Shown in pieces: positions 18,772 through 28,777 of a stretch of DNA of 64,000 bases. The notes below the pieces were generated by a model. It saw only the letters and a program-made list of their open reading frames with translations, searched no databases and was not told the origin of the DNA. Position 1 is the stretch's first letter, and the number at the start of each line of letters is the position of its first letter. This stretch comes from Candidatus Krumholzibacteriia bacterium (GTDB lineage Bacteria; Krumholzibacteriota; Krumholzibacteriia; WVZY01). The DNA lies in the NCBI GenBank assembly GCA_046754105.1, contig JBHHVD010000005.1, positions 933 through 64,932 of the forward strand. Direction: 5' to 3'. Both the position numbers and the translations under genes were made by a program.

Positions 18772-18931
18772 TCCGATTACCTCCATCTCCCCCTGTGCGA
18801 CGACGCAGCAAGCGATGCCAGACCACTTTAGCCAAATCAATCACACCGAACAAGCGAAAACCCCGCTGCGTGCGGGTACGATCCAGGTTTGGCGTATGTA
18901 GCGGGCGCCGCTGTCGCGTTGCCGAACTGCG

Positions 18932-20401
18932 TTACCGGTCACTCCGAAGACGGTGGTCCGTTACCTCGACTTCGATCCCGGCGAGCAGGCTGTAGGCGTT
19001 GATGACGTCCATTTCGTTGAGGGCGCGTTCGTCGGGTGAAACGGCGACCCGAATACGAATGGGGTTGGCGCCGACGTCGAGCGCATCCAGCGTGCGCCAT
19101 TTGCGCTCATAAACCTCGGTCCACATGTGGCCGATGAGACTTCCCTGGTAATAGGCGACCCCCACGGCGATCCGCGCCGGGATCCCCGCTGCACGCAGCA
19201 CGGCGGCCAACAGGACGGAGTGCTCGGTGCAGTCGCCCTCGCGCGCGGCGAGCACGTCGAGAGCCGTGGCGAATCCCTGCGAAAAATCCTTGTGCTCTAT
19301 GTACCGGTTGACCCAGCGGGCGATCTCCGTGGCGAGCGCCGGATCGTCGCGCTCGCCGCTCCCCGCGATGCTGTCCGCCAGCGCCTTTATCGCCGGGTGA
19401 TCCGATTGGATGTAGCGATCGGCCTTGAGGTAGCGTTGCAGCTCGGCGTCGGTCGCCAGCTGCTCATGAATCGTATCGCGGGTAACCTCGAGATCGACGA
19501 CCCGGCCGTCCGCGCGCACGACCGTTTGATTGGGTCCCTGCAGGGAGTTGACATCCCCGGGCGGTTGCGACAGGGTCATCCGAAAGGTGACGGCGTCGAG
19601 TTGCTCGGGCGGGACGTCATAGCCGCGGCACGGTATCAGCGACCCGCGGATCATGTCGAAATTCGGGTCCAGTTCCAGGTGGCCGAACTCTTCCGAAGTG
19701 ACGCGCTCGATGACGATCTCGGCGCCCATCAGCCGCATCCACATCCGCTGCACGTCCCCTTCGTCGTCCACGAACAGCGTCATGGCCGGGGTGGCGCCGT
19801 CGTCCACGAACTGCTCGACCACGAGCAATTCGACGGTGTCCCCGGCGACGGGGTGCCGCAACCTCTCCCCCGTTCGAAAGCGGCTGGTTCGGTACTTCGC
19901 CGACTGCGAGTCGAACACTCGCAGTGAAAAATCCCGCCGCCCGGTGCGAAGTTCCCGCCGGACGCGCTCATCCACGCTCGCCTGCCCAAGCGCGCCGGCC
20001 TCCCACGCGATTACCTGGTCGCGTCCATACCCCCGCCCCTCACTACGCACGTAGACGCTGTCCCCCCGGCTCTCGCCGGAAACCGCCATGGTCGTACCGG
20101 TAACCGTTACTTCGGATCGAAAGCGCAGCGGCCGCCCGCTGTAGTCGTCCCGTTCTTCCAGATGAGAGATGATTTCGACCTGCGTTCCGGCACGCGATGC
20201 GCGAAATTCGAGGTGGGTTTCGAAATAACGGCTGCTATCATCCTCCGCCCACAGGTCCCTGCCCACGCCAACCACGGCTCCCGAAAAGAGGATTTTGTAC
20301 CACGCTTCTCTTTGGGCGGCGCGAGCGTGCGACGGCGCCGCTCCCGAGAGGGCCAGCAACGCGGCGAACGCCGTGATGGATCGCAGGCGTAGTGTCGGCA
20401 T
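18932..20401 (-). CDS. transglutaminase-like domain protein, secreted
   Basis: REGDCTEHSVLLAAVLRAAGIPARI core. Start set at ATG (MPTLRLRSITAFAALLALSGA) because the tracked GTG extension runs into the hsp20 terminator. Confidence 0.75.
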   Translation of the reverse strand: MPTLRLRSITAFAALLALSGAAPSHARAAQREAWYKILFSGAVVGVGRDLWAEDDSSRYFETHLEFRASRAGTQVEIISHLEERDDYSGRPLRFRSEVTVTGTTMAVSGESRGDSVYVRSEGRGYGRDQVIAWEAGALGQASVDERVRRELRTGRRDFSLRVFDSQSAKYRTSRFRTGERLRHPVAGDTVELLVVEQFVDDGATPAMTLFVDDEGDVQRMWMRLMGAEIVIERVTSEEFGHLELDPNFDMIRGSLIPCRGYDVPPEQLDAVTFRMTLSQPPGDVNSLQGPNQTVVRADGRVVDLEVTRDTIHEQLATDAELQRYLKADRYIQSDHPAIKALADSIAGSGERDDPALATEIARWVNRYIEHKDFSQGFATALDVLAAREGDCTEHSVLLAAVLRAAGIPARIAVGVAYYQGSLIGHMWTEVYERKWRTLDALDVGANPIRIRVAVSPDERALNEMDVINAYSLLAGIEVEVTDHRLRSDR

Positions 20402-20424
20402 AGTAGCCAAGCTAGCATAAGAAA

Positions 20425-20449
20425 AGAGCCCGGGCAACACCCGGGCTCT
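20425..20449 (-). terminator. intrinsic terminator of hsp20
   Basis: AGAGCCCGGG-TGTTG-CCCGGGCTCT, followed on the minus strand by TTTCTTAT. Confidence 0.8.
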
Positions 20450-20476
20450 TTCACCGAACCGATCGGATCCGGCCGA

Positions 20477-20896
20477 CTAGTCTACGCTAATCTTCCGTCC
20501 AACGCTCTCGGCCCGCTTCGGCAGCGTGACCCTGAGCAGTCCATCGGCGAGCTTCGCCTTGATGCCATCGCGGTCGATGGATGCATCGAGGGCAAAGCTG
20601 CGGCGGAATTTCTCCGAGCGAATCTCACGACGGAGCAGCCCCGTCGCTTCGGCCTTCTCCTCTTTCTCGCCCGTGATGACGATGTGATCGTCTTCGATCG
20701 CGACGTCGACGTCGCCCTTTTTCACACCCGGCATCTCCATCGTCAGAACGAACTCCTTGTCGTCTTCGTTGACGTTGGTTCGCGGGAGACGAAACGCATT
20801 TCCCTCGTCGCTGCGGCACTCGCCGAGCACCGGCAAGAGGCTCTCTTCGAAAAAGGACTCCAATCCGCCCGCTGGTCTGTACTTGGTAAGAAACAT
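20477..20896 (-). CDS. Hsp20/alpha-crystallin small heat-shock protein
   Basis: Start at MFLTKYRP, with GGAGG upstream. Alpha-crystallin domain pattern: FVLTMEMPGVKKGDVDVAIEDDHIVITGEK...GLLRVTLPK. Confidence 0.9.
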   Translation of the reverse strand: MFLTKYRPAGGLESFFEESLLPVLGECRSDEGNAFRLPRTNVNEDDKEFVLTMEMPGVKKGDVDVAIEDDHIVITGEKEEKAEATGLLRREIRSEKFRRSFALDASIDRDGIKAKLADGLLRVTLPKRAESVGRKISVD

Positions 20897-21111
20897 GCCC
20901 AACCTCCTCTGTATGGATCGTCGTTTCCAGATTCCACGCGGCCGGCAGCTCACCGGCACGCACCGCCGTACAAAGCACGACCGGTGCCAAAAGGCGGGGG
21001 TCAGCCGGTTTGCTCTGTAACTTTTTATTACAGAAATGATTGCCGTGCTCGCCTTTCGCGGGGGATTTTCCCGCCGACTCCAACTATGACAAATCAGCAT
21101 GACACAATGTC

Positions 21112-22479
21112 TTAATTGCCCGCAGTGGCGTCAGGCGTGGCGCCCCGGGGCTCCCGCAGCCGGGTACTGAGCACGATGTTGAGGAGGGCGAACACGACCG
21201 AGACGGAGAACAGGCCCCGGATGTCGAAGGCCAGCAGGATCGCCCCCCCGAGAAGGGGGCTTAGCATGAAGGGAAAGCTGAAGCTGTTCATGAATCCCAC
21301 GTAGAGCGGCCGCTTCGATTCGGGAGCGAACTCGAGGAGATAGGTGATGTTACTGATGACCCGCCCGCTGCGGATGAACCCGTTGACGAAAAACGTCGCG
21401 GTCAGCGCCAGCAGCAGCGGCAGGCTCGCCAGCTCGAGACTCCTGCCGACCATCCGGTCTACTACGAGAATGGCCGCCGGCGGCAGCGCGCTGAGCACGG
21501 CGGTAACCTGCAGCACGATCTTGTTGCCCCTGCGGTCGAGGAGTTTTCCCCAGATATAGTTCGACATGACGCCCGATGCCAGCCACACCGACAGAAAGAG
21601 CCCAATGGTATTGTCTGAAAAACCGAGGTCGGTGAAGGCGTAGCTCGCGTAGAACGGGAACGACATGGCGGTAAGCTGCCAGCAGATTCGTACGGCGTAG
21701 AACAGGCGGTAGTTGGCATCGTGCCGCAGCAAACCAAAACCGGCCCGCACGTGATCGAGCAGGCGCGCCGAGGGCCGGACCGTGGCGGAGGGTGGCTCGC
21801 CGGCACACGCGAACGCGATCATTCCCACGGTCATAGAAATCCAGCCGAGGACGAAGAGCATAGCGAAGTCGGTCGGAAACTCGTGACCGATCAGCCCGAG
21901 TTTTGCCACGGCCCCTCGCAGCGTGTCAAAATGGGGCCCATCCAGCCACGTTCCCTCGTGCCGCCGGTTTAGCACCAGGCCGACCAGCACTCCCGCGCCT
22001 ACACCCGCCGTACCCCCGATGAGACGACGCGTGCCAAAAAACCGGCCCCGGCTGGTCACCGGGATCGTCTTGCTCGTCACCTCGAGAAAGGGGATGGCCG
22101 AGAAACCTCCCGCCAGGTGCGTCACGAGAAGCATCCCGAGAAACCCCGCGAGCAGGAGGCTTCCGGACGAGACATCGAGTTTGAATACGAGGAGGACGAC
22201 GACTCCCAGTGCCAGGGCACGTACCACCGATACCACGCGGTACATCGGCATGAGGTAGGCACGCGTTTCCGCGAGTCGCGACGCGAATACCTGCGGCAAG
22301 AACCAGCCAACGCCGTGCAGGGCGCTCACCAGGCCGATCAACAGCGCGGAGCCGCCGAGTTTCGCTACGAAAAGCGGTAGCACCGTGAACGGGTCGAAGA
22401 ACGCCATCCCGAGATTGATGAACGCGCCGGTTATGATCCCCAACACGAAATTACGACGAAAGTACCGGCCGTGAGTCAT
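21112..22479 (-). CDS. MFS transporter
   Basis: 455 aa with about 12 TM helices and MFS-like loop motifs. Confidence 0.75.
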   Translation of the reverse strand: MTHGRYFRRNFVLGIITGAFINLGMAFFDPFTVLPLFVAKLGGSALLIGLVSALHGVGWFLPQVFASRLAETRAYLMPMYRVVSVVRALALGVVVLLVFKLDVSSGSLLLAGFLGMLLVTHLAGGFSAIPFLEVTSKTIPVTSRGRFFGTRRLIGGTAGVGAGVLVGLVLNRRHEGTWLDGPHFDTLRGAVAKLGLIGHEFPTDFAMLFVLGWISMTVGMIAFACAGEPPSATVRPSARLLDHVRAGFGLLRHDANYRLFYAVRICWQLTAMSFPFYASYAFTDLGFSDNTIGLFLSVWLASGVMSNYIWGKLLDRRGNKIVLQVTAVLSALPPAAILVVDRMVGRSLELASLPLLLALTATFFVNGFIRSGRVISNITYLLEFAPESKRPLYVGFMNSFSFPFMLSPLLGGAILLAFDIRGLFSVSVVFALLNIVLSTRLREPRGATPDATAGN

Positions 22480-22594
22480 GAAGCGGAACCATAGTCACTC
22501 CCGATGTCGTTTGCAAGAGAACATTGCGTGGTTGTATACTACGACAACGCCCGCACGAGACGCCTGACACTCGAGGAAAACCGGGGCTGCAGCC

Positions 22595-22969
22595 ATGATC
22601 AGAGGGATCGGGATCGATTCGATAGAGCTCGCGCGCATCGAGCGCGTCTACCGGGAGTACGGAACGCGGTTTCTCGCCCGCATCTACGCCCCGGAGGAGC
22701 AGGCGTATTCGCTGCGCTACAGGGACCCGGTCCCCCGGCTGGCCGCCCGCTTCGCCGCCAAGGAAGCGTGTATGAAGGCGCTGGGCACGGGTTGGAACGA
22801 CGGGGTGCGGTGGCGGGATATCGTCGTGGTCAATACGACGTTCGGCAAGCCGGAGTTGAAGATCTCCGGTCGCGCGCGTGAGTATCTCGACGGCCTCGAG
22901 GCCACGCACGTCCACCTGTCCATCACGCACAGCCGCGAACAGGCCACGGCCGTCGTGGTTCTCGAGTAA
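22595..22969 (+). CDS. acpS: holo-[acyl-carrier-protein] synthase
   Basis: MIRGIGIDSIELARIER..., 124 aa, with the FAAKEACMKALG motif. Confidence 0.9.
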   Translation: MIRGIGIDSIELARIERVYREYGTRFLARIYAPEEQAYSLRYRDPVPRLAARFAAKEACMKALGTGWNDGVRWRDIVVVNTTFGKPELKISGRAREYLDGLEATHVHLSITHSREQATAVVVLE

Positions 22970-22973
22970 GACC

Positions 22974-24023
22974 CTACCGGCTTCGCCGTTCGACGCCGAG
23001 CCCCGGCCCCTCCGGCAATACCAGTTTGCTGTTGGTGACGGTCACACCCACGAAGGGATCGTCGGCGAGCAAGAGGTTGCCGTCGAGATCCGCGTAGTCG
23101 ACCAGCGGGCTGAGGTGCGCGGCGGCGGTAATCGCGATCGACGTCTCCAGCATGCATCCCAGCATGACCCGCAAATCCGCGTTCCGCGCCTCTTCGATCA
23201 GTGACAGAGCCGGCGTGATCCCGCCGCACTTCATGAGCTTGATGTTGACCCCGTGGCCCTGATCCCGGCGCGCCGCCACGTCCTCCGGATTGATGATGCT
23301 CTCATCGAGGATTATCGGCAGCGGGCTCAGCCGCTTCAGCTCGCGCAGATCTTCTTCCCGCTCGTGGTGAATGGGCTGTTCGATGAACTCGATGCGGCGC
23401 TCGTTCAGCTCGCGGCTCATCAGCAGCGACGTTTCCAGATCCCATCCCTCGTTGGCGTCGACCCGAATACGCTTGCCGCTGCGCGTTATGACGCGGTCCA
23501 GGAGGGCCATGTCTCCCGGCACTCCCATCTTCATCTTGAAGATCCGGTACTGCGAGGCCTCGTCGACTTTCTTGTCCACGACGTCCGGTGCGGCGATCCC
23601 AATGGAAAACGACGTGGCCGGGGTCTCCGCGGCATCCAGGCCCAGCATTTCGTAGACGGCGCGGTCTTCCCGCTTGCCGAGAATATCCCACAGCGCGACG
23701 TCCAGCGCCGCCCGTGCCGACGCGTGGGGTCCCAGCTCTCGCCGCAGGTCACCCGTGGCGAGGCGATCGCGGATCGCTTCCGGGTCACCGTCGAGCTTGC
23801 CGGCAATCTTCTTCAGCGCGGACAGCACGGTCGCGCTATTCTCTCCGTAGTAGGAAGACGGCGCGGCCTCTCCAAGCCCGGTCACACCCTCCCACGTGAG
23901 CTCGGCGACCACCACCTCGCACTCCGTCTGCACCTCCCGCGCGATCTTGAAGGGGTGACGGGGCTCGAGCTTCATTGCTTCAAAATCGAGTTTCATTTCC
24001 CCTTCCACCGCGTTACCGGACAA
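22974..24023 (-). CDS. enolase-superfamily epimerase/racemase (dipeptide epimerase / N-acyl amino acid racemase type)
   Basis: FKMKMG (KxK), VDANEGW, IEQP, LDES and KLMKCGG catalytic/metal motifs. Confidence 0.8.
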   Translation of the reverse strand: MSGNAVEGEMKLDFEAMKLEPRHPFKIAREVQTECEVVVAELTWEGVTGLGEAAPSSYYGENSATVLSALKKIAGKLDGDPEAIRDRLATGDLRRELGPHASARAALDVALWDILGKREDRAVYEMLGLDAAETPATSFSIGIAAPDVVDKKVDEASQYRIFKMKMGVPGDMALLDRVITRSGKRIRVDANEGWDLETSLLMSRELNERRIEFIEQPIHHEREEDLRELKRLSPLPIILDESIINPEDVAARRDQGHGVNIKLMKCGGITPALSLIEEARNADLRVMLGCMLETSIAITAAAHLSPLVDYADLDGNLLLADDPFVGVTVTNSKLVLPEGPGLGVERRSR

Positions 24024-24095
24024 CGCCGATTCATATCCATTGTCGAGGCCGTGCCGGCGGACGCCGATTCACTGCCCTCTCCGCCGTCGAACCGT

Positions 24096-25154
24096 TCACA
24101 GGTGGTTCATTATAGCATCGACCAGCGGCGTGGCGCCATGCCGTACCGGGTCGCAGGCGCGAAGCCCGGTCTCGCGCTGGATGGACGACACGGCATCGAC
24201 GGCATCGGCCTCACCGAGACCGGACGTGTTGACGGCGACGGCGACCACCGGCGATTCCTTGAACGGCCGCATGAGCGCCTCGTGCAAACGGATGAGTTCG
24301 GTGAGCGGGGGCATGTCGACGCCGGAATCGCCGATGGTGCCCCGCGACGTCGCGTGCACCAGTACCTGGCAATCCGGCATCGCCCCGTAGAGCAGGCCCA
24401 GCGCCACACCCGCGAAGCCGGGGTGGAGGATGGATCCCTGGCCCTCGACGATTACCAGGTCCTTGTTCGCCGCCTCGTGCTCGACCAGTTCTTCCACGGC
24501 GCCGCCGACAAAATCGGCTGCGACGCGGTCGATAGCGATCCCCCTGCCTTTGAGCATCATACCCGTCTGGCCCGTGGCCGCCCACGCGGCGTTGATCCCG
24601 CGAGCGGACAGGGCGCGATACAGTTCCACAGTCGCCGTCATCTTGCCGACGTTACAATCGCTGCCTACGGTCAGGACGCTGGTCGCGCCCGTCGTGCAAC
24701 CAGCGCCGCCGCCGACCCGGGTTATCTCGGGCGCGCGCCGCACGTCCCAGAACCGCGCTCCCGACTCGCTCGCTGCCTCGACGATCCCACGGTCGTCGGA
24801 CAGGAATGAATGCAAGCCGCTGACGACGTCCAGGCCGGCACGCACGCAGGAAAGAACCTGAGCGTGGAGCGGAGGAACGAGTTGACCGCCGCTCGGCGCC
24901 ACACCGACCACGGCGAAATCGGGTTTGTGGAGGAGTGCCTCCACGACGCTGCCCACGACGGGAATGGTCCCGCCGAAGCCGAGAATATCCTCGACGGGCC
25001 GGCCGGCCTGCTTGCAATCGAGTACGGCGACCACGCCGTCGCGCCGGTAGCGTATGTAACACACCGCTGTCTTCGAGCCAAAAGTGGATAATCCATCGGC
25101 CAGCAGCAGGGCCTTGCGGCCCTCGAGTGCGAACGGTGCTTGGTTCAGCGCCAC
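24096..25154 (-). CDS. DUF1611-family protein (DgcN-like)
   Basis: 352 aa. Contains a GSDCNVGKMT P-loop-like segment. Adjacency to an enolase-superfamily gene is the classic pairing for this family. Confidence 0.65.
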   Translation of the reverse strand: MALNQAPFALEGRKALLLADGLSTFGSKTAVCYIRYRRDGVVAVLDCKQAGRPVEDILGFGGTIPVVGSVVEALLHKPDFAVVGVAPSGGQLVPPLHAQVLSCVRAGLDVVSGLHSFLSDDRGIVEAASESGARFWDVRRAPEITRVGGGAGCTTGATSVLTVGSDCNVGKMTATVELYRALSARGINAAWAATGQTGMMLKGRGIAIDRVAADFVGGAVEELVEHEAANKDLVIVEGQGSILHPGFAGVALGLLYGAMPDCQVLVHATSRGTIGDSGVDMPPLTELIRLHEALMRPFKESPVVAVAVNTSGLGEADAVDAVSSIQRETGLRACDPVRHGATPLVDAIMNHL

Positions 25155-25170
25155 ACTTCCCTCCCCGCTC

Positions 25171-26151
25171 CTAGTGGAACTCGTCCGCGATCGCCCCCAC
25201 CAGGCGCTCGAGGATGTCCTCCAGCGTCGTCATGCCTGCGATGTCTCCCGATTTGTCGCGGATCATCGCCATGTGGCAGCCCTGGTTTTTCATGCGAATC
25301 ATCATCTCCACAATCGGCGTTTCGATCCCCACGATGTAGGGCTTCTCCAACTCGGTCCTGCGATGTCCGAGCCGCCGGGCCTTGAGCAGGTTGTGTATGG
25401 AGAGAAACCCCACCACGTTGGTCCGCCGGGCCCGGTAGACGGGAAGCCGCGAGTAGCGCTCGCGGCAGAAAACGGACAGGTACTCCTCGACCCCGGCGCC
25501 GTCTTCGACCATGACAACGCCGCCGACGGGCACCATGACGTCGCCGGCGTCGAAATCGATCAAGTCGAACGCTCGCGACGCCAGGGCCATCGTCTCGTCG
25601 GATATCAACCCCGCCTCGCGGCTGCCCCGCAAGTGGAACAAAAGCTCCTCCATGGTCATCGTGACCTTGCGGTCTATCTTGCCGACTCCCAGCGCACGGG
25701 TAAAGAAATCGGTCAGGCCGGAAAACGATTTGATGACGGGATAGAGCACGACGGCGAAGAACTTCAGCGGGTAAATCGACGCGAGCGACGTACGATCGGC
25801 ATAGTAGAGAAAAATCCCCTTGGGGATGATCTCCTGGAAGATAACCAGTGTCGGGACCAGGATCGCGGTGGCCACCGTCGCCCCGGAGTCCCCGAAATAG
25901 TGGAGCGCCACGACGGTAAACGTGGTCGTGCAGGCGATCATCCCCAGGTTCGTTCCGACGAGAACGATACTGAGGAAGTACTCGGGATTGCGGACGTACT
26001 TCAAGAGCAGGCGCGCACGGCGGTCGCCCCGGCCGGCGAGATGGCGCAGGCGGATACGATCGGTGGCGAGGAACGCCGTTTCCGCACCCGCGAAAAACGC
26101 GGCCAGACAGAACGCCACGCCTGAAATTGCGGCCAGCCACACCGTATTCAT
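25171..26151 (-). CDS. CNNM/DUF21 + CBS-pair membrane protein (no CorC_HlyC C-terminal domain)
   Basis: N-terminal 4-TM DUF21 (FFAGAETAF) and a CBS pair. It ends right after the second CBS domain. 4-nt overlap with the upstream paralog. Confidence 0.75.
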   Translation of the reverse strand: MNTVWLAAISGVAFCLAAFFAGAETAFLATDRIRLRHLAGRGDRRARLLLKYVRNPEYFLSIVLVGTNLGMIACTTTFTVVALHYFGDSGATVATAILVPTLVIFQEIIPKGIFLYYADRTSLASIYPLKFFAVVLYPVIKSFSGLTDFFTRALGVGKIDRKVTMTMEELLFHLRGSREAGLISDETMALASRAFDLIDFDAGDVMVPVGGVVMVEDGAGVEEYLSVFCRERYSRLPVYRARRTNVVGFLSIHNLLKARRLGHRRTELEKPYIVGIETPIVEMMIRMKNQGCHMAMIRDKSGDIAGMTTLEDILERLVGAIADEFH

Positions 26152-27389
26152 GCTCTCTCCACCCGCATCTTGCGCACTCGATTGGGCTGCGCGGAAATGA
26201 TGTGAAACCGCAGATCCCCCACTGCGACCGTTTCCCCCTCTTTGGGGATTCTCCCCGTCGCCCCGACCACGAAGCCGGCGATCGTCTCGTGTTCCTCATC
26301 CACCACGTCGGCGCCGAACACCTCGTTGAAATCGTCTATTGCCATCGTACCGAGCACGACGATACGGTGATCATCGAGGACCGTGTACTCGGAGGTTCGC
26401 GGTTCGTTCGCATCGCGTATCTCGCCCACCAACTCCTCGAGGATGTCCTCGAGCGTTACGATGCCGACGTAGGACCCGTACTCGTCGATCACGACCGCCA
26501 GCTGGGAGCGCTTCCTCGCCAGCTCCTTGAACAATTCCGAGATGCGGGTTGTTTCGGGCACGTAGTACGGTGTGCGAAGTACCGTTGCAACGTCGAAGTC
26601 CGTCCCGTCGCGCGGTACGGCGGCCAGGTCCTTGATGTGCAGCACCCCGCGCACGTCGTCGGCGGTCTCTCCGTACACCGGCACCCTCGACATCTCCCGC
26701 TGCAGAATCTCTCCCTCCATCTCGTCGGGGCTCATGTCCTGCGGCAGGGAGAACACACTAATGCTCGGGGTCATGATTTCGCGGACAACGGTGTCTCTGA
26801 ACTCGATTGTGTTCGACAGCAGGCGATACTCGAACTCACCCATGTGTCCCTCATCACGACCGATATCGATCGCGGTCAGCAGTTCCTCTCTTGAAAAATA
26901 CCGCCCGGCGGACCCGAGTCTCTTGCTCAGAAACGCGATCACGGCATCGGTGAAACGGGCGATCGGCATCCGCACGGGATAGAGAATCGTATGGAACAGC
27001 CGCAGCGGGAATATGTAGAGGAGCGATGCTTTTTGCGGACGGTTGAGTGCCAGCACCTTGGGCAGTATTTCCCCAAAAACGAGGAGCACCACGGACATGA
27101 AGACGAAGGCAAGGGCCGCCCCGCGGTTGCCGAAAAGGCGGACGGCCACCGCCGTCACGGCGCTCGTCGAGAAAACGTTGACGACCAGATTGCCGATGAG
27201 AATGGTGATCAGGATGTTTCGCGGCGTAGAGAGGAGGCGGGCGACTTCCCTCCCCGCTCCCGAATGCTTCCGCATGCGGCTCAACTGGGAGCGGCCGAGT
27301 GAAAAAAGGGCGGCCTCCGACCCCGAGAAGAAGGCGGAGAAAGCGATCAGAACGACCAGCGCCAACAGGTAGAATACTAGACCGTCCAA
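26148..27389 (-). CDS. CNNM/CorC-family hemolysin-like Mg/Co efflux protein (DUF21-CBS-CorC_HlyC)
   Basis: FFSGSEAALFS DUF21, a CBS pair, and a C-terminal transporter-associated domain (ETIAGFVVGATGRIPKEGE). Confidence 0.8.
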   Translation of the reverse strand: MDGLVFYLLALVVLIAFSAFFSGSEAALFSLGRSQLSRMRKHSGAGREVARLLSTPRNILITILIGNLVVNVFSTSAVTAVAVRLFGNRGAALAFVFMSVVLLVFGEILPKVLALNRPQKASLLYIFPLRLFHTILYPVRMPIARFTDAVIAFLSKRLGSAGRYFSREELLTAIDIGRDEGHMGEFEYRLLSNTIEFRDTVVREIMTPSISVFSLPQDMSPDEMEGEILQREMSRVPVYGETADDVRGVLHIKDLAAVPRDGTDFDVATVLRTPYYVPETTRISELFKELARKRSQLAVVIDEYGSYVGIVTLEDILEELVGEIRDANEPRTSEYTVLDDHRIVVLGTMAIDDFNEVFGADVVDEEHETIAGFVVGATGRIPKEGETVAVGDLRFHIISAQPNRVRKMRVERA

Positions 27390-27400
27390 TGCTTGGCTGG

Positions 27401-28189
27401 CTACCCTCCCATTTCTTGCAGTGCGACCCGCGCTTGCTCGGCCTCTTCACTGCGCGGAAAACTCGCGATAAGCTCCCGGAACGCCCGTTCGGCGAGCTGT
27501 TTCTCCTCCAGCTTCCGGTAGCAGAATCCCGCCTTCAAGTACGACGCGGGAATGAAGCGTGAACGCGGGTATTCGCGAATAACGCTCTGGTACTCCGCGA
27601 CGGCTTCCAGGTAGCGCGCGAGCGAATAATACGACTCTCCGAGGTAGTAGTGCGCGTCATCCCGGGTGGCCGCGCCGGGGTAACGCACGAGGTAGTTCTT
27701 GAACCCCTGCACGGCCAGGTCGTAGTTGCCCAACGTCAGGTCCATGTACGAACTCTTGAACAATCGCTCGCGCGGACCATCGCCGGCGGCAGGCGTCACA
27801 CGCGCCGAGTCGGCGACCGCACCCAGTGAATCCAGTGACCCTACCCGAATCGTGTCGGGCGCTACGACCGCTCGCCTGGCAGCGGCAGCCCGGCGGCGCT
27901 TGGAGAGGATCTGGGAGGTATCATCAATCCGGTAGGAAAGAATATCGAGAACCTCGCGGAGCTCCCTCATCGTTTGGGCGCTCTCGGCCTCCGCGCGAAC
28001 GCGTGCCTGCCGCTCGCCGTCGAGCTGCGCGGACAACTCGTGAATTCTCTCCAGAAGTTCCTTTTGCGTCGTCTTTACCGTATCGAGCTCTTGATAGGTA
28101 AACTCCATCATCTTGGTGCTATAGCACCCCGACGCGAGAAACAGGGCCGCGCCAAGGCTAAGGATTGTCTGAACAAGCGTGTTTTTCAA
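27401..28189 (-). CDS. ybgF: Tol-Pal system protein YbgF/CpoB
   Basis: Signal/lipobox, an N-terminal coiled coil and C-terminal TPR repeats (YYLGESYYSLARYLEA...). Located directly after pal. Confidence 0.8.
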   Translation of the reverse strand: MKNTLVQTILSLGAALFLASGCYSTKMMEFTYQELDTVKTTQKELLERIHELSAQLDGERQARVRAEAESAQTMRELREVLDILSYRIDDTSQILSKRRRAAAARRAVVAPDTIRVGSLDSLGAVADSARVTPAAGDGPRERLFKSSYMDLTLGNYDLAVQGFKNYLVRYPGAATRDDAHYYLGESYYSLARYLEAVAEYQSVIREYPRSRFIPASYLKAGFCYRKLEEKQLAERAFRELIASFPRSEEAEQARVALQEMGG

Positions 28190-28203
28190 AACAGAGCGTT
28201 CTG

Positions 28204-28725
28204 TCAGTTAATGACGAAATGCGCTCGCCGGTTCTTGGCCCACGCAGCTTCGGTGTGGCCGGAATCGAACGGGCGCTCTTCACCCATGCTGACGGTCTTA
28301 ACACGGCTCGCCGCCACTCCGAGCGAGCGAAGATAGTCCTTGGCGGCCTTGGCACGTTTCTCGCCCAGGGCAAGGTTGTACGAATTCGTACCGCGCTCGT
28401 CGCAGTGTCCTTCAATAACAATGTTCTTTGACCGTGCGTCTTGTAGCTGTCGCGCGTTCTCCTCGAGAACCCGCTTCGCCTCGCTGGTCAGATTGGATTT
28501 GTCGAAATCGAAAAAGATGTCCGACATCACGGGTATCGGCTCGGTGTCGACCTCCGGCTCCGTGACCGCCTCCGTCTCGTCCTCGACCGGTGGCGGCGAC
28601 GGTGGAGTGACCGGCGTCGTGTCGATCTCCGCCGACTGGCCGGCCGTCTGCTTCTTCGAGCACGCCGTAAAGGCGAACGCGACCATAACAACCAAAAGCA
28701 AAATAAAGATGTTCTTGACTCTCAT
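28204..28725 (-). CDS. pal: peptidoglycan-associated lipoprotein Pal (OmpA-C domain)
   Basis: Lipobox AFTAC. OmpA-like motif IEGHCDERGTNSYNLALGEKRAKA. Confidence 0.9.
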   Translation of the reverse strand: MRVKNIFILLLVVMVAFAFTACSKKQTAGQSAEIDTTPVTPPSPPPVEDETEAVTEPEVDTEPIPVMSDIFFDFDKSNLTSEAKRVLEENARQLQDARSKNIVIEGHCDERGTNSYNLALGEKRAKAAKDYLRSLGVAASRVKTVSMGEERPFDSGHTEAAWAKNRRAHFVIN

Positions 28726-28777
28726 ACAATCGACCTCCCACGATCATACGCTTCAGTCTCGGAAAACCAGCCGTCCG

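Noticed and set aside
20402-20440. GTG-initiated extension of the transglutaminase-like ORF
   Set aside because: It would be translated through the hsp20 terminator hairpin. The ATG at 20401 gives a proper signal peptide.
23253-24809. 518-aa plus-strand ORF spanning the epimerase and DUF1611 genes
   Set aside because: It is antisense to two well-supported minus-strand genes. The translation is Arg/Gly/Asp/His-rich with no motifs. This is a typical GC-rich shadow ORF.
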